Shown here in pieces: positions 40,823 to 55,844 of a stretch of DNA of 64,000 bases; the stretch's first letter is position 1, and the number at the start of each line of letters is the position of its first letter. The stretch is taken from assembly GCF_009914755.1 (NCBI RefSeq), contig NC_060932.1; one strand, 5' to 3'. Origin of the DNA: the human T2T-CHM13v2.0 reference genome, Homo sapiens. The notes below the pieces were generated by a model. The model made no database searches and was not told where the DNA came from. It worked only from the letters and a program-made list of their open reading frames with translations. The position numbers were made by a program, and so were the translations under genes.

Positions 40823-42989
40823 CTCCTAGAAACATGGTCTTATCAACTTTTAAAAATCAACCACAGATATTTCAAGCTAGTACAAGCCCCATATAGAAAT
40901 TTTACTTCAGTAACATGACATTTAGAGATGGCTAGAGCTATCAATCCCCCACCCCCAACAAATCCACTGCCATTTGGGTCTTAAATGCTGCCAGAGAGAG
41001 CTGAGTGGCATCTCTTTCACATAAATTACATCTACAGAGTTACATTGTATGGAGGAGTTTATTGAGAGTAAAAGGATTTAGATTCTGATTTAGAACTTCA
41101 TTAGCCCCATGATAAGTTTAATTATATATAAAAAAAAGAGATTGGCTTTGGTGGCGCAGCCCATCAGTTTGGGTTATATAAAAAAACTAGGCCCCTGATG
41201 GGAAACTCACCATCAGTATTGATGGAATCTGGCCTGATGATCTGGCCTATCAACAAAGTCAGGCTGTGAGGCAGAGATAGATGCAGGTCCTGAGTTGTAT
41301 TGACATAATTCTCCCTGGACAATGAATTCTCAGAATCTTTCATGGAGACAAGGGGAACATTCAAAACAGCTCATTGCTGGGGCTTCAGCTCCATGCTCAG
41401 CAATACCAGCACTCTGCTACTAGCAGCCAAATGATGATACAAATGGCAATTCAAAACCTATAGGTGAACTGACATGAGGCTCTCTAGACTTCCTGCCCTT
41501 TGTTCCCATGCCCAGTGTTGTTTCTCCATGCTTATCTCCATCTCCACTTTCATTGAGAGTATCTGGAAGAGGGTTGTAGATGAAGAAGACAACTGGATCA
41601 CGTCTGCATCACATCTGCAATGTGTGGCAAACTAGTAATGTAGAGGCTGATGCTGATTCAGTACTACTGCCAATGAATGAACAGCCCTATGTGTCCAGGA
41701 GCTGTCGACAGCATCTACTTCTGTGTGTGACTTGTGGGTGATCTGTATACCTCTTGCCAACAGAGTTCATAAACTAAAGATTAATGAGAGGAAGAGGCAA
41801 CCCATCGGGGACAAAGCATTAGTAAAGCAGAAAAGTGTTTTGCTTTTTGGAGCTGTAATAACCAGGAGGATTCATCATTGTTTCAGCTGACTTTGGTGTC
41901 TAGCCAAGCCAGAGGCACTGACTGCAAGCACATTTGGCTCTGTCTTTTCCTCTGCCACACCGAGTGTCCCAGCAACCCTGTCACCACTGCACACGTTGTT
42001 GCCAGACTGAAAAACAGTAGTAGTTCTCCTCCTTCCTTCTTCTTCTTTGCTATTTTTAGAGAAATATGAATAACAACTTATTCTCCTCATTTATTATTCT
42101 TGATGAATAGTAAATTATTCTAATGGCATTGACTGTTCTATTCATTTATTATTTGAGGATAATTAGAAGTGAATAGCTATTATGAAGCCTCACCAGTTCC
42201 AAAAATTAGGACTTAGAATCTTGTGTTTTCTTTTGGCTCTGAGCAATTATCTCTATTGTTTCCTCTAATTCTGTCATGCACACCTCTTTCTTCTTTCCAT
42301 GTCATGTTCTGTTTTAACTCCAGAATCATGACACCCAGTACTCTCAAAAGTTACCCAGAGAAGTGATGGATGAGCTTCTGAAATGTAATTTCCCCCAGAC
42401 ATATAGGGTTTTAAAATTATGTTTAGGTTCAATAAGGCCCCATAACTCACAGTCATAGTATTGAAATATACAGAATATTGAGTAATACATGGCTTGCCGA
42501 TGGCAACAGTGGTAATGCCAGGATAAATCACATTGCTATTTACAGAATAGTCTGTGAAGTTCTAACCTGAGGCTAAAATACCATGCAGGGTGAAAAAAAT
42601 CATTATTATTATTGTTCTTTTATAATAAGACTTGTTATAAAACCCTCTAGTCTGGGCTTTTGAGGCCCTATCCTATGTTTTCAGCCTTATCTTCCTTACA
42701 ACTTCCCAAACATCCTTCACTCAAGTTGAAGTGAACCAATTGCTTTTTCCCAACAATGATGACATCTTTCCCATTGTCTAAATCTTCTATTTTTCTCGGC
42801 CTGTGATAGCTTTTCAGCTTCTCCATGCCACCTACCCATCTCCACTGGTGAAAATCCAATTCTCCCATGAAGGCTTACTTTAAATCCCGTCTTTAATCTT
42901 CTCATTTTAATTTTTTATTCTTTCTATGATACTGCATCCATCCCCTAAAGGGCACTATTTACAATTGTTCACTGTTCTGTATAAGGACA

Positions 42990-45730
42990 GATGTACGTTT
43001 GATGGACTTTATACTTACATAATTGAGTGGTCGTCTTTGAGAAAAAAGAATATTAAATTACAAATACCAAATGAGGTACAAAAGAGAGTATTTGGGGAGT
43101 GATATAAGTGCGATGGAGTAAGGAACTCCCAAAGTCCATTCCTCCATAAAAGCAACCAGTAAAATGGCAAAAAATTGGCAGAATTGACTTTTTCAAAATT
43201 TTGGAAACTAAAGGCTTGCAGCAATTCAGGGAGTGATTATTTTATTTTAAAAAAAAAGCTGATTATTGGCAAGAACAATGAGCTTTGTGGCATTTTAACT
43301 TTTCCTGGTCTCATCCACAGCTCCTCAGCTCAGTGAAACATTTGAAATTAACAGCCCACAGTCACAGGACTAGTACTGGAGGTGGTAAAATGGACCTCAT
43401 TTGCAAAGAATTGTTGTGAAGCATGTCTAGTGCTAAAGCTGCAATGGGTGGTGGGTAGGGGATTGAGGCTGGTGCATTATTGAAGATATTTACAGGAAAA
43501 TATTTCAGTTGCTGCTGTCAAAGGCAACATACAACTGTTGGAACAAACAATAGACTAACCAAAAAACTTCAAAGCTGTGGAATGAGATGCTTTTGCAAAT
43601 AAAATGTTTGAAAGGCTCTGAAATATTACTGGGAATCTAGAAGGCCACACACATATCCAGAGCTGTGTGCATGCTTAAGAGAGCCCTGAGAAGGTTCTAA
43701 GCTCTTACCCATGACTAACCTTGGGCCTTTGTGCAAGAAGAAAGTAAAAGCTAAGGCAAAGTTGCAAATTGCCTGGAGAAGTGTCAAAGGCGTACCCCAA
43801 CAAACACACAAGAGACCCTCTAAAAAGACTAAATTTTTGTTGCTTCCAAGCACTTGAAACCTCTGTGCAATACTTAGCTGGCCCCTAGGCAAATTGAACA
43901 GAGGCTTCAGTGGCCATACATGACAAAGAATATGACTTTACAAAATTATTCAGAAAAATCATGAAACAAACAACACTTATGACAAAGAACAACAACAAAC
44001 CCTGAGGGGTGAGGGGCAGGAGAATCTGACTTCTGGACTTACCACATCACTAACTATATTCAAAATATCTAGTTTTTAATCAATAAATTATGAGGCACAC
44101 AAAGAAGAAGAAAGTATGACCTATGGGTAGTGGGGAGAAAAAGCAATCAATGGAAAATTTACCCAAGGAAGTACAAATGTTGAAGTTATTAGATAAAAAC
44201 TAATTTAAATCACCTATTTTTATTATCTTTAGCTAAAGGAACCCATGTCTAAATAACTAAAGGAAACCATGGAGAATAATGTCTTGTCAAATAAGAGAAT
44301 ATCAATAAAGACATTCTTTATATGCCCACATATAAAGAAACCAAATAGAAATTCTGGAATTGAATGTACAATAACCGAAATGAGAAATTTACTGGAGTTG
44401 AACAGCAGACTTGAACTGACAGAAGAAATCAGAAAGCGTAGATATAGGTAAACTGAGATTTATCTGTAACATTTTGAAAACAGCATTTTAGAATAAGAAA
44501 AACTAATAAATTTTAAATAACATATAAGTAATAATATTTTTTGAAACTGTCAAACAGTGTAAACTTCACAATATCCAGAAAGAGAGGTCTGTTTTATTAA
44601 TACAACATCTTATATTTGTATCATATTATAATATTTATTTATATCATTTATATATAAAACTGTATGCTATTTAGATTACATTTATTATATGTATTATATC
44701 ATTTGAATATAAAATTATACAGTATATTATTATATGTATTAACTGTCTGGTATATCTCTATGACATCATTTTCCCTATATTTTTTTGGTTGCATACTCTT
44801 TGACTGCCATATCATATGATAGCAATTTTATAATATTATTTTCTATGGAGAGAACAGAAATAATGTAGTTTTTCTAGTATGGTTAATCAAAATGTGTTTT
44901 ATTATTGATATTTGGAGTAAATTAAACATGCAGTTTCACATACAACTAGTGCTTGGAGTATTGCTTCAAATATTTTGCCCTAAAAGCGCAGAATTGATAA
45001 ATTCCACTTCAAATGAGTCCCATCAAAAATGAAAAGAATGTATGGCATGTTTACAATTCTAGTCACCGAATTTTTAGCTTAATTCTATCAGGAGAAAACA
45101 ATTCCGTTTTGCCTAGGGAACGGCAAGAACCAAATACTCCATATACAACGTTACATGTCTGATATTTGGAAGTTTGCCACTGAATTGTTTCTTAATTGTT
45201 TCTTGCTCCATGTATTTCAAATCTTACTCATCTGCATGACCCACATTTGTCTTATGTGGGGACACATTTATATCATCATGAGCCTGCACCTGCTGGTGTT
45301 GCACCTTCACATCATACACCAGCTGCTTTGGTACCGTGGGCTCTGCAGGAATGTTCTGGGAAGTTGTTCCTATACTGCGACAGGTAGAAATGAGTTTAGC
45401 TGTAAACCTAAGGCACCCTCTCCCCACTAAATCCCCATAAATATATCCCACTAACTCCAATTAAATGCATTATTAATTCAGCTTCCCTAGCTGAATCCCC
45501 AAAATTTCGGTGGCCCTCCAGTGCCACACAATGGAAGGAGAAGTATTAGAGTGGAATTTGCAGTGAACAAGACAGTGGCCTTACTAGGTTGTGAATAGTG
45601 TGGCTTTCTTTTGCAAAGTTAACAAAAATGTATCACATGACCTCAGGACAGCTAGCTGGGGGACACCTCAGAACCTAGAAAGAAACTTGTGACAGAGTGA
45701 ACCCTGACACCTATGTTATACTAGCTTCTC
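42990..45730. mobile_element. Zaphod/MER115-like hAT-Tip100 fragments flanking an L1M insertion
   Basis: tctttgagaaaaaagaatattaaattacaaataccaaatgaggtacaaaag (43034-43085) appears to continue as tttagaataagaaaa (~44487) after the L1; family call is from recall and boundaries are approximate. Confidence 0.5.
43093..44470 (+). mobile_element. Old L1M 5'UTR/ORF1-start fragment
   Basis: ggagtaaggaactcc..cctccataaaagcaac..., aaaccaaatagaaattctggaattga..tacaataaccgaaatgagaaatttactggag..aacagcagacttgaac (ORF1 coiled-coil region). Confidence 0.8.
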
Positions 45731-45994
45731 ACTACACTCCCTCCAGCATGTTTTGTTGTTTCTATTGTAGACTTCCCATGTATACAAGTAATAAATCTTG
45801 CATGCCCATTATCTGGCTGATATGCTGTCTTGATGGATGTCCCCTCTTTTCCGAAAGTGTATAGACTTTCTTTTGAGAATTTCTCGCTTCATTAAGGAGT
45901 AGAGTATTCCCAGAAAAAGGACCATTTTGTCATAGGTACAAGAGTAGCTTCACTCCTCTGCTGACACTTCCTCACACTGTATAAAGAACCATTT

Positions 45995-46215
45995 GTACTC
46001 TGCTTGTACAAATCCTGGCTCAGTCATTTTCTACTTGTACGAGGTTGACCAAGTTACTTGAACCTACCTGAGTCTTATTTCCTCATCTGTAAAATAAACA
46101 CTGTTAAATCCATGCAGAAGCATGGCTGTGTAGAGCACATGGCATAAATTTATAAGGCACCAAGCACAATGCCCTATTCCTAGTGGGTGCTCAGTAAGTG
46201 GCAGCTATTATTGCT
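45995..46215 (+). mobile_element. MIR
   Basis: caaatcctggctcagtcat...caagttacttgaacc..tttcctcatctgtaaaat...gtgctcagtaagtggcagctattatt. Confidence 0.85.
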
Positions 46216-46569
46216 TTTACCCTTGTGGTTACTTTTTATTTCTCATAGCCTCCTGATTGGTTTACTCAAAAACTTAGACTGTTGAGTTCTGTGAAAGTGG
46301 AATCTGTCAAATGATTTATCTTTGTAATCCCTGTACTTAGCAGTGTCCCTTACCTAGAGTAGATGCTTAGCAAATATTATGGGATTGAATTGGCAGAGTT
46401 TGGACAAAACTCTCATATGCACAACTGTAAGTTTCAGGAAAGAACACTACCTTGCTTTTCCAATGCCAATTGCTGCATTATAAACAAAACAAAACAAAAC
46501 AAAACAAAAAAACAAAAACTTCCCTCTCAGTGGGTCACCCCTAGGGTGAATAACTATGTAATAGATATC

Positions 46570-46730
46570 ACGCGTTCCTGGTTACTAATGCCAGCCGTGT
46601 CATTTGCTAGCTGTGTAACCTTGTACAAATGATTTTCCATCTCTGTACCTCAATCTTTTTATCTCTGAAGTGGGGATAATAAGGATTTCTACCTAATGGT
46701 GTTGTTGTAAGGATAAAGCTGGTTAATACA
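46570..46730 (+). mobile_element. MIR
   Basis: catttgctagctgtgtaaccttgtacaa..tctctgtacctc..atctctgaagtggggataataa. Confidence 0.8.
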
Positions 46731-47772
46731 CTCCTTTTTAAGTGTATATGGGTTTTTAGGGGCAAAACTGAACAGAGAAAATGATCAATAAATTTAATTA
46801 TTCATCCTCACAAAAGTATCCCAGCACTGTGCTAGAATGTGGGTTTTCAGGGCCCAGGAAAACGCTGTCAAACACCATTCTCAGTGGGCCCTTTTGCAAT
46901 AGTCCTTCTTATTTTGCTTTCTCGTTTCTTACTTCTCACTGTCCTGTTTACTATTTTTCTCCTCACATAGAACACATGAGGCTTCTAGCTGGTTCTTATG
47001 TTTTAGCACCAGCGCATGAGGCTATTTACTTGCTTTTGAAATTCTTCACTCTCGACACCTGAACAAACTTTAGATTTGGTAGGATAAGCTGGATAGGAAT
47101 CCATCCAAGAAATTTAACGAGAGGATTTAACAAAAGCTAACAGACCTCTTGAAACTAATGCTCACCATATGTAAATGTGTGTCTTTCCTCTAGTGACTGA
47201 AAATAGAAACATGATTAAGAGAAAAACTTGAGTATCTGTGCAGAAGACGTCTGCAATGTGGTTTTAATTTCAATAAGCATTTTAATATTTTGCTACCATC
47301 TTAACGAACTGATAGTTTTTAAGAAAGTGGGGCATCACATTAATTTACAAAGTGAATATTTTCACATTCTGTAACATCAGGTGTCATTTCCAAGCCGTGT
47401 GAATCTTTCTTGTTTCTTGGACTTTTTCCCCGTGGACTTGAGCAGGTCATTGCTCTACAAAATTTCTAAAGCTCCTTCCGCTCAATTTATCTTTTGTTTG
47501 TTTGTTTGAGATCTCTATGAACTACTAGTTCTTTTCCATTTTTGTATGTTTCTATTAAATTTCAGTGAAAAGGGCTAAAACCAAATTTGTTCTTCTCACC
47601 TCTCATTCTTGGAATTTTATTTGATGTATCCATTTATTGTACTCATGTCTGCATACGTTTAAGTACTGAAATTACATTGTGCCAAAGGGTATAGTCACAG
47701 CCAATTCTATTGAGAAATCAATTGAAGGGTGGCAATCGTCTGACAGGTACAGTGATTTGTGAGTTGTGTATT

Positions 47773-47909
47773 TCAGTTACTATTTTGGCATCAGGGCAAC
47801 CTAACGCATGCACAGATACGAGGTTCCAATATAGCTGTGCCCCCACTTATTGACTTACCATGGGTAAATCTCTTACATTTCTAAGCTCTGGCATCATTTA
47901 TTAGGAAGA
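47773..47909 (+). repeat. Donor of a local 137-bp duplication (partly degenerate MIR-like)
   Basis: tcagttactattttggcatcagggcaacctaa...tctaagctctggcatcatttattaggaaga recurs at 49824-49959. Confidence 0.97.
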
Positions 47910-49800
47910 TAAATGTGAGTAATTAAGCTTCAAGGCCATAAGTGCTAAAACTTTTTGGAATTAGTGTGCTATTAAAATGACGGAGTGCCTGGCTCTGCCC
48001 AGGTATGTCATGGTCTTCCACCTCTAGCTCTACTTCTTGGAGTGACCTCTCCTGGCCCTTCTAACCATACACATTGTTTCCGGGAGGCTAAATATAACCC
48101 CTCAGGCAGTGGTATGGATGGGTGGCCAGTTTGTTTTAAAAAGCTATCTTTGGCTAGATTATTTAGCGTCAAACTAGACAGGTGATAGACATTACCTTTT
48201 AGTGAATGTCTGCTGATCTGTTCACTTGAATAACCAGACTAGATGCTGATCAACAGTTATTTCAAGAATAGCAGTTGCCTCTTTTTACAACTAAACTGAG
48301 GTTTGTGTGACTTTTTGTTTTTCTCTTGAAAGTAAAACAAGCTTAGGATTTAATTGTTTAAAACAGCTAAAATGTAATTAGATAGTATTGTTTAACTTTT
48401 TGTAAGTGATAAGAAGCAAATAATCAAGCTTCTTAACTTTCTTAAGAGAGAAAAGATCTCGAACAGAATAAATGTAAACAGACTCAAGAGAAATATATTT
48501 GACTTATATTTTGCTTTCTAAATTTACTACTAAATACCTGTGTAGTTTAGCAGCTTTGGAGTGTGAAAATGTTGTCTACCATAGAGTTAATATGAATTTG
48601 TGAATTATCATCATTTGCTGTTTTTTCTTATCTGAGCTCCTATAATGCATCAGGGAACTTTGCTAAGTGCAATGTTGTACATAATTTTCCTGGCCAGTGC
48701 TCTCACATTCTAAACTGCACAGGCGTTATTTCTCATTTCACATCTTTCTCATTATGAAACCTTTATTTTGGTGTGCACAAACCACTTGATTTCCAATGAA
48801 GTGACAAATATTTTTATAATGCTATTTTTTTTCAAAATATAAGTGGTTCAAATATCTGAAGAAAATGTCAAATAAGATGTTACAACATCTTTTTGTGGTG
48901 GGTTAAAAAGATGCAGAACTTCAACAAAGCAGAAGGCCACCCAAAAGAAGCATCATTATTCTTAGTTAAATAGGACATTCTAATTATAACTTTGATGGGA
49001 AGGTTGTCTTACTATTATTTTATTTTTTTATTATCTTATGAAAAGGTGACATTAATATTATTTGTAGTCAGAAATACTCCCCTAGGGTTTAACACTTCTT
49101 GGATTTAACCAAAGATCCAGCACAAAATGTAAGAACTTAAACCATAAAAATATATTGAATTAATGAACTTTAAAAATACCGAGAAAAGTATTCTGATAAA
49201 CCATTTGCACACTAGAGGTTTCACTATTTCTTAAAGTCATGCTCTGCTTTCTCTTGCAAATCCTTCATTACCTTTTCAAATAATTTTCTTGTCAATTCTC
49301 TTATATCCATAACCAAACACAGCATGTGTTTTAAAAATCTTCCCATATGATTGGCAATATATTTAAGAAGAGAAATGCATATTTTACATTATATAAAATA
49401 TTTAACATTTAAGCATTTTTAAAGTATTGAAAAATAAGTTATTTTTAAAAGACAGCATATTGTATCATTCAACATATCAAATAAGGGTTTTTTACAAAAA
49501 TAGCATTCAGACTAAAATGTAAATTATATGAGGGCAGGAGTTATCATCTGTTAACTGCTATGAATACCCGGATTGAGACAGAGGCTGAGTAGATGCTCAA
49601 TAAATGTTTATTAAATAAATGAATAAATTCAGACAATGTCATAGCATTTTAATCTTAATTTTACATGTATACTAGATTTATTTTTCATATTTTAGATTTA
49701 TATATTCAAATGAAATATGGAAACTAGTTGACCTAATGTATTTAATTATGTTAGTCAAATTTCCTCATATACTTTACCTTCCTCTGCTGCACTCCTAAAA

Positions 49801-50231
<431 letters not shown>

Positions 50232-50384
50232 CTAAAATTTTTTTTAAGTTTACACAGAAAAAATAAAGAAGGAAAGAAATTTAAATTAAGATTTAGAATT
50301 AACTTTAACAACCTCAGAACTAGCTTTGAGAGTTTTATATTTGGTCACAAAAGAATTTACTCAACAACAACAACCCAAGACCTT

Positions 50385-50641
50385 TTTTTCTTTTTTTAAC
50401 TTTTATTTTAGGTTCAGGGTTACATGTGCAGGTTTGTTATATAGGTAAACTCATATCATGGGGGTTTGTTGACAGATCGTTTCTTCACCCAGCTACTAGG
50501 ACTAGTGCCCAATAGCTATTTTTTCTGATCCTCTCCCTCCTCCCATCCTCCACCCTCAAGTAAGCCTCAATGTCTGTTGTTCCCCTTTTTGTGGCCATGA
50601 GTTCTTACCATTTAGCTCTCATTTATAAGTGAGAACATACG
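50385..50641 (-). mobile_element. L1PA13-15-like 3' end
   Basis: aacttttattttaggttcagggttacatgtgcaggtttgttatataggtaaac...ttataagtgagaacat; degenerate TSD caacccaagacctttt / caacccaacactttct. Confidence 0.92.
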
Positions 50642-51274
50642 CAACCCAACACTTTCTACATCGAAACTTCATGTTTTGGAATTGTATATTTTAGCCTCTC
50701 ATTATTCCTCTTGTGAGATTTTATAGACAAGTCTGTAAAAGTCTGATTTTATGTTACTTTGCCCCCATTGTACATATTGTGAACTTAGCAATTTAGATAT
50801 ATTGGAATTTAGATCTCAACATATTTGCCTTCCTTTATTCTAATTATATATAACAAAACAAGAAAAGCAGAAGGAAGGAAGGAAGTCTCAAGGGAAAATT
50901 TAGAATGGAAAAAAATCCATATGAAAAGGTTCAAAATAAAAGAAGAGGGCACAAAGTGATTTTTAAAGATAGTGTTATTCCTGTCTTCGTTTTCTTTCCT
51001 TTTAAATGTTAAGTTTGAGACTTAAAGACTTTGCTATATAAGAAAAATCAGCAAGACACCAACTATAACTGTGACTTACCATCTCACTGGCTTCCTTCAG
51101 CTTTGGATTTTTAAGCACATTTGTTACTAGTTGTCCCTCAGTTCATCAAGCTCAAGACTAAAATCACCTTTGCAATCTTTGCCACTGTCTAGGAAAGTGA
51201 GAGGGAGAAAGATAGAATAGGAGAGAGAGAGAGAGAAAGACCTTCCTTATTATGCCTATTATGCCTTATTATTC

Positions 51275-51373
51275 TGAGCCCAGGAGTTCAAGGCTGCAGT
51301 GAGCTGTGGTTGTACCACAGGATTCCAGCCTGGATGACTGAGCAAGACCCTGTATCTATTAAAAAAAAAAAAA
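51275..51373 (+). mobile_element. 5'-truncated AluJ right-arm fragment
   Basis: tgagcccaggagttcaaggctgcagtgagc...gagcaagaccctgt..-A13. Confidence 0.9.
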
Positions 51374-52199
51374 TCAATGTTTACTTATAAAATTAACATA
51401 AGGGGAACGCTATCATGGGAATTATATATATAGTTTTAAATAAATACTCATAATACCCAAGTGCTGTACATGTCCCAGGTTCTACTTTTCACCCCATCTA
51501 TAATATCAATTATTTCTTAATTCTTTGAGAAATTCATTCCTTTATTTTCGTAAAACTTTTGGCTTTCCTCTTCTGTCCTCAAAATAAAACAAATGGATAG
51601 GAAAAGAAAAAATAAAGGGGAAAAAAAGAAAGATATCAGCAAAAAGTTAACAGATGCCTCTTACTCCAGGGCCTTGGCATACACTATTTTCTCCACCAGA
51701 AATGGGTTTTCCCCATCAATTTTGGTTAATAAAATTTTTATCATTATTTAGTGTTATATCAGTTGAAATGACTTTCTCAAGGGAAGGGCCCACCAAAATA
51801 TCTATTTGCTTAATGTTTATCTCCCTGGCCTCAGCTCATAGTCTCCTGGAGAGTAGGGACCATGAATGCTTTGAATTTAGCATAGCTTGGAGTCCGGCAA
51901 CCAAAATATATTTACAAATGAATGAAAAGTAGTTTAGATTAATATGAACTCATTGGTCCCATCCACTGTCCTATCTCTCTCTATGAGTAACCCCTAACCT
52001 GAAGCTCACTCAGCAGGTCATTAAGTTGGAACCGAAATTTTCTTTATATTCTTTTGTCAGCATCACTCCCTGTCTAGAGTGCAGCCAATATGATACAGTC
52101 CCAAGGACAGATATCTACCCTGCAGTCAGAAACCAAAGAAGTTTTGCAGAACTTGATGAATCTGCAAATGTTACTCTCAGAAAGTCATATATTCAATAA

Positions 52200-53200
52200 C
52201 AAATGCAAGATGATGACTATTTAGAAAATGTCCCTATTCTAAGAAATAATAAAATAAGGATTGCTCCTTGTTCCATCAATTATATCCTTTCCATTCTGAA
52301 TATTCAACATCTTTCCCTTTGCTAGCATTTTTCTAATCACTAAATAAATATGCTCAAACCCCATCCTCTTATAAAGCCCTTCACACAACTCCAAACTGTC
52401 TAACCTTCTTATTTTTACAGCCAAGCTTCTGGGAAAAAATAGCCTAAAATCAATGCCTTGACTCCTTCACTCACCATTCTACTCATTACCATAGGACTCC
52501 TGGCCTCACCACTCAATAAAAAAACTACTGAGGACCCCCCAGATGTTAAATACAATAGACACATTTTTTATTCTTTCTTTTTATTTGGCTACTGTGTGGC
52601 ATTTGGCTTTATCAAAAACTCTGTGTTGAAAATTCTTTCCAGATTTTCTTATGTGCCATGATTCCTCCCTGGATTTTCTTCTTTCTCTGGCCTCCCTTTT
52701 TCCATCAGTCTCCTTTGTTGACTCCTCTTCTCTCATTCGCCCCCTAACTGTTGGAGTGCCACAAAATTCTACACATTACCTCTGCCCCTCCCACCCCACA
52801 CACACTCTGGAGAAATCGCATCCTTATGGAGACAGGTGGACCCAGCAATGTCTTCCATATCTGCTTTCCTAGCCAAAATCTCTTCTAATGAGATACCTAC
52901 TGGTTCTCTTCATGGGGAAATCTCATAATTATCCATAACTGACAAGTCCAAAGCTAGAAATCTACAAATCAGCCTCAACTTCTCCCTTTGCCTCACCTGC
53001 TACATAAAAATCCATCTCTATATTCTATTGAACCTACCTCTTAAATATCACAATTCTTTCCTACTTCTTCTTTGCCATGAGCAGAATCTTATTTCAAGCT
53101 ATTTCTCATCTGTATAAATATAATTAGTGCCTTTCAGCTGGTATCCCAGCTTCCCAACCCTAAATCATCTGCTGTACAGCAAAGGCGATGATCCTTTCAG
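52200..53200 (+). mobile_element. L2 LINE fragment
   Basis: tttacagccaagcttctgg, gttaaatacaatagac, ctgtgtggcatttg, aacctacctcttaaatatc; L2-like motifs, boundaries approximate. Confidence 0.65.
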
Positions 53201-54209
53201 CATGGTCTGGGGCAGAGGTAGAAATATCTTTAGAATAAAGAAGAGTACATTTACCCAGAAAAAGTATACCTTAAAGCAATCTACACTCTTCCCTCTAATT
53301 CTAGCATTATGAAGCAATGTTTGAATTCATAATTTGATCTCCTGAGTGCATGTAACTACTCAGGAAACCTAAGTTTAGGGTATCATTTGTCACTTCAGTT
53401 GGTATCTCATTGCAAACTGTAAGTTCTAGTATATAATTCATGCTCTTATGAATTTGGTCAGCAAGAATCTATTTCTTATAGCATGACAAATTGATAATGT
53501 TAAGCTTTTAAATGTACAAAGCTCCGAGCCAGATCTGTGTTGGTTGTGACCTATGCTAACTCTGGCAACCTATCATTGGCAATTTCCAGTGTGCAAATAT
53601 CTAATGACTCTTGTCTGCATATCGTGTCTGCTGGTTTTGGACACATCATGACTGTGGCATTAATTTAATTATGTCATTTTTAAGATATTCAAAAATATCT
53701 ACCCTGTGACCTTCTTATATCTGAAACTCTCAAATATTTCAAGGTAGTCTAGAGCTTATTAGCATGCTTCTTGGAATCATCTGGAAAGACATCCTATTCA
53801 AGCCCTGTAGCACAAAATTCAGGAATGTATTTGGCACAGCCTTGAAGGCTAAATGTGATGAATAACATATTGTTCTTTCCTAACTCTATGTTCTGTAACC
53901 TATATTCATGTAATCTCCAACCACTGAGCAAATCTAATATTGACAAATTTTACCAAAAACAGGTGATGTGGTCCCTGACTTAGACAAATCTATGTGCAAA
54001 CCACACCAGCCTTAAGTTTAGAGGGAACTTGTTAGGATGCCAAAAGATTTGTTGAACAACCAAGCTTTCTCTTTTCCATTATTTGAGTGACTCCAGAAGC
54101 CATCTCACTTCCTATAGCTTCTGTCTTCAAAATGTGACTTAAATTTACCAGCCTCTACCTACTCCCAGTCTGTGGCCTCACATGGAATCCTCATAAATAG
54201 GAAGTACCA

Positions 54210-54414
54210 GGAAAACAACATGAAATTTGGAATCAAAGAGAGCTGGATTCAATGCCTGCTTCATCTTTTCCTGACTCACTCTGTGATTTCAGCGAACCAC
54301 ATAACCTTTTCAAAACTCAGTTTCCTCAGCTGTGGAATAAAAATTAGCATTCTCACTTCGAGGGATGTTATTTGAATAAAATAGGTAAAAATAAGTACCA
54401 CATATGCGGTGCTT
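54210..54414 (+). mobile_element. MIR
   Basis: tttggaatcaaagagagctggattcaat...ctcagtttcctcagctgtggaat. Confidence 0.8.
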
Positions 54415-54427
54415 TAGAGGTACTATT

Positions 54428-54712
54428 GGCTGGTACAGTGGCTCATGCCTGTAATCCCAGCACTTTGGGAGACTGAGGCAAGAGGATTGCTTGAGGCCAG
54501 GAGCTCAGGACTAGTCTGGGCAACATAGCAAGACCTCATCTCTATAAAAAAAAAAAACAACTTATACTTAGCTGGGCATGGTGGCACACACCTATAGTCC
54601 CAACTACTCAGGAGGCTGAGGTGGGAGGATCACTTGAGCCTAGGAATTCAAGGCTGCAGTGAGCTACGATCATGCCGCTGCACTCCAGACTGAGCAGCAA
54701 ACCAAAACTCCA

Positions 54713-54742
<30 letters not shown>
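54428..54742 (+). mobile_element. AluJ whose tail has become (AC)12
   Basis: gaggattgcttgaggccaggag..gggcaacatagcaagacc (AluJ); TSD tagaggtactatt (54415-54427) / tagaggtactctt (54745-54757). Confidence 0.96.
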
Positions 54743-54743
<1 letters not shown>

Positions 54744-54777
54744 ATAGAGGTACTCTTATTTTAGTCTTTACAACAAT

Positions 54778-54780
<3 letters not shown>

Positions 54781-54824
<44 letters not shown>
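54781..54824. repeat. (GATA)11 perfect tetranucleotide STR
   Basis: Read directly from the sequence. Confidence 0.98.
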
Positions 54825-54825
<1 letters not shown>

Positions 54826-54827
54826 GT

Positions 54828-54960
54828 AATCATTTTATAGATGAAGAAACTATGGCATTGGGAGGTTAAGTAACTTGCATAAGATCACCCAGCTAGTAAA
54901 TGGAGGAGTTGGGATTTGAATCAAGGCACACTGGCCTTAGAGCCTGTATTTTCAATTATT
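54828..54960 (-). mobile_element. MIR
   Basis: cattttatagatgaagaaact...gaggttaagtaacttgcataagatcacccagctagtaaatgg..gggatttgaatc. Confidence 0.88.
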
Positions 54961-55844
54961 AGGCTTTACTGCATATGCTGAGCACCTTGCAGACTTTCAG
55001 GTACATATGAGATGCTAAATAAATACACATTATTAGGACAACTGAAATACTCTCTAATGGGTTTTCTTAACTCAGATGTTGCTATCTTTCCATTTGTCCT
55101 GCCAGTATTTCCTAGAGCCATCTCTCTGAAATGCAAATCTGAATTTGCCTCTGATTTAAAAAATATAGAAAAAATTATCATTTTTTCCCATTGCCTAAGA
55201 CAAAGTCTAAACTTTTAACTATGGCATTATAAGTCATAAAAATCTTAAGATACAAATGATTCATTGTAGTCTCAGTGACCTAAGGATTAAATTATGGTTT
55301 GTTTTACATTACTTCTTCAGGAAAGTATGAAGACACTCTCTTTCTGTCTTTGGGGGAAGTTGGGGTAGAAAAATAGAGGTCACTGTGGTTCATCAGGAAG
55401 AAGTAAGTGAATTCCTTCATCCTTCATACTTCAAGAAGAGTAAACAGCTTTTTAATGTTGTCATATCTTTTTAATGCCTGGAGACTTTCTGAAAAAAAAA
55501 GAATCAAGTTCTTCGTAGAAGGAATTCACTGAATAAATCCTCTGTGTTTTGTAGATTGATAAAAGTGACCAAATCCCTGGGTGGCTGCCTGGGGTTAGCA
55601 AGGCTAGTGTTAACATCCTCCTCAAGGGACAAATGCCTAAATTCATGGAAGCCAAACATATTTTAATTGGCAGGACTTTGGAGAATATATGAGTACATAT
55701 GTCTAAAAGCTCCTAGCATTGAGTCATGGGGGCTAAGTGGCCATGAGTAGTCTGGAGGGATGGCCTCCTAAGAAGGACTCTGGAGCAAGGACCATCAGCA
55801 CTAGTTTTATCAGGTCACACCTTCAGATGCAATAAAGAGCCAAG

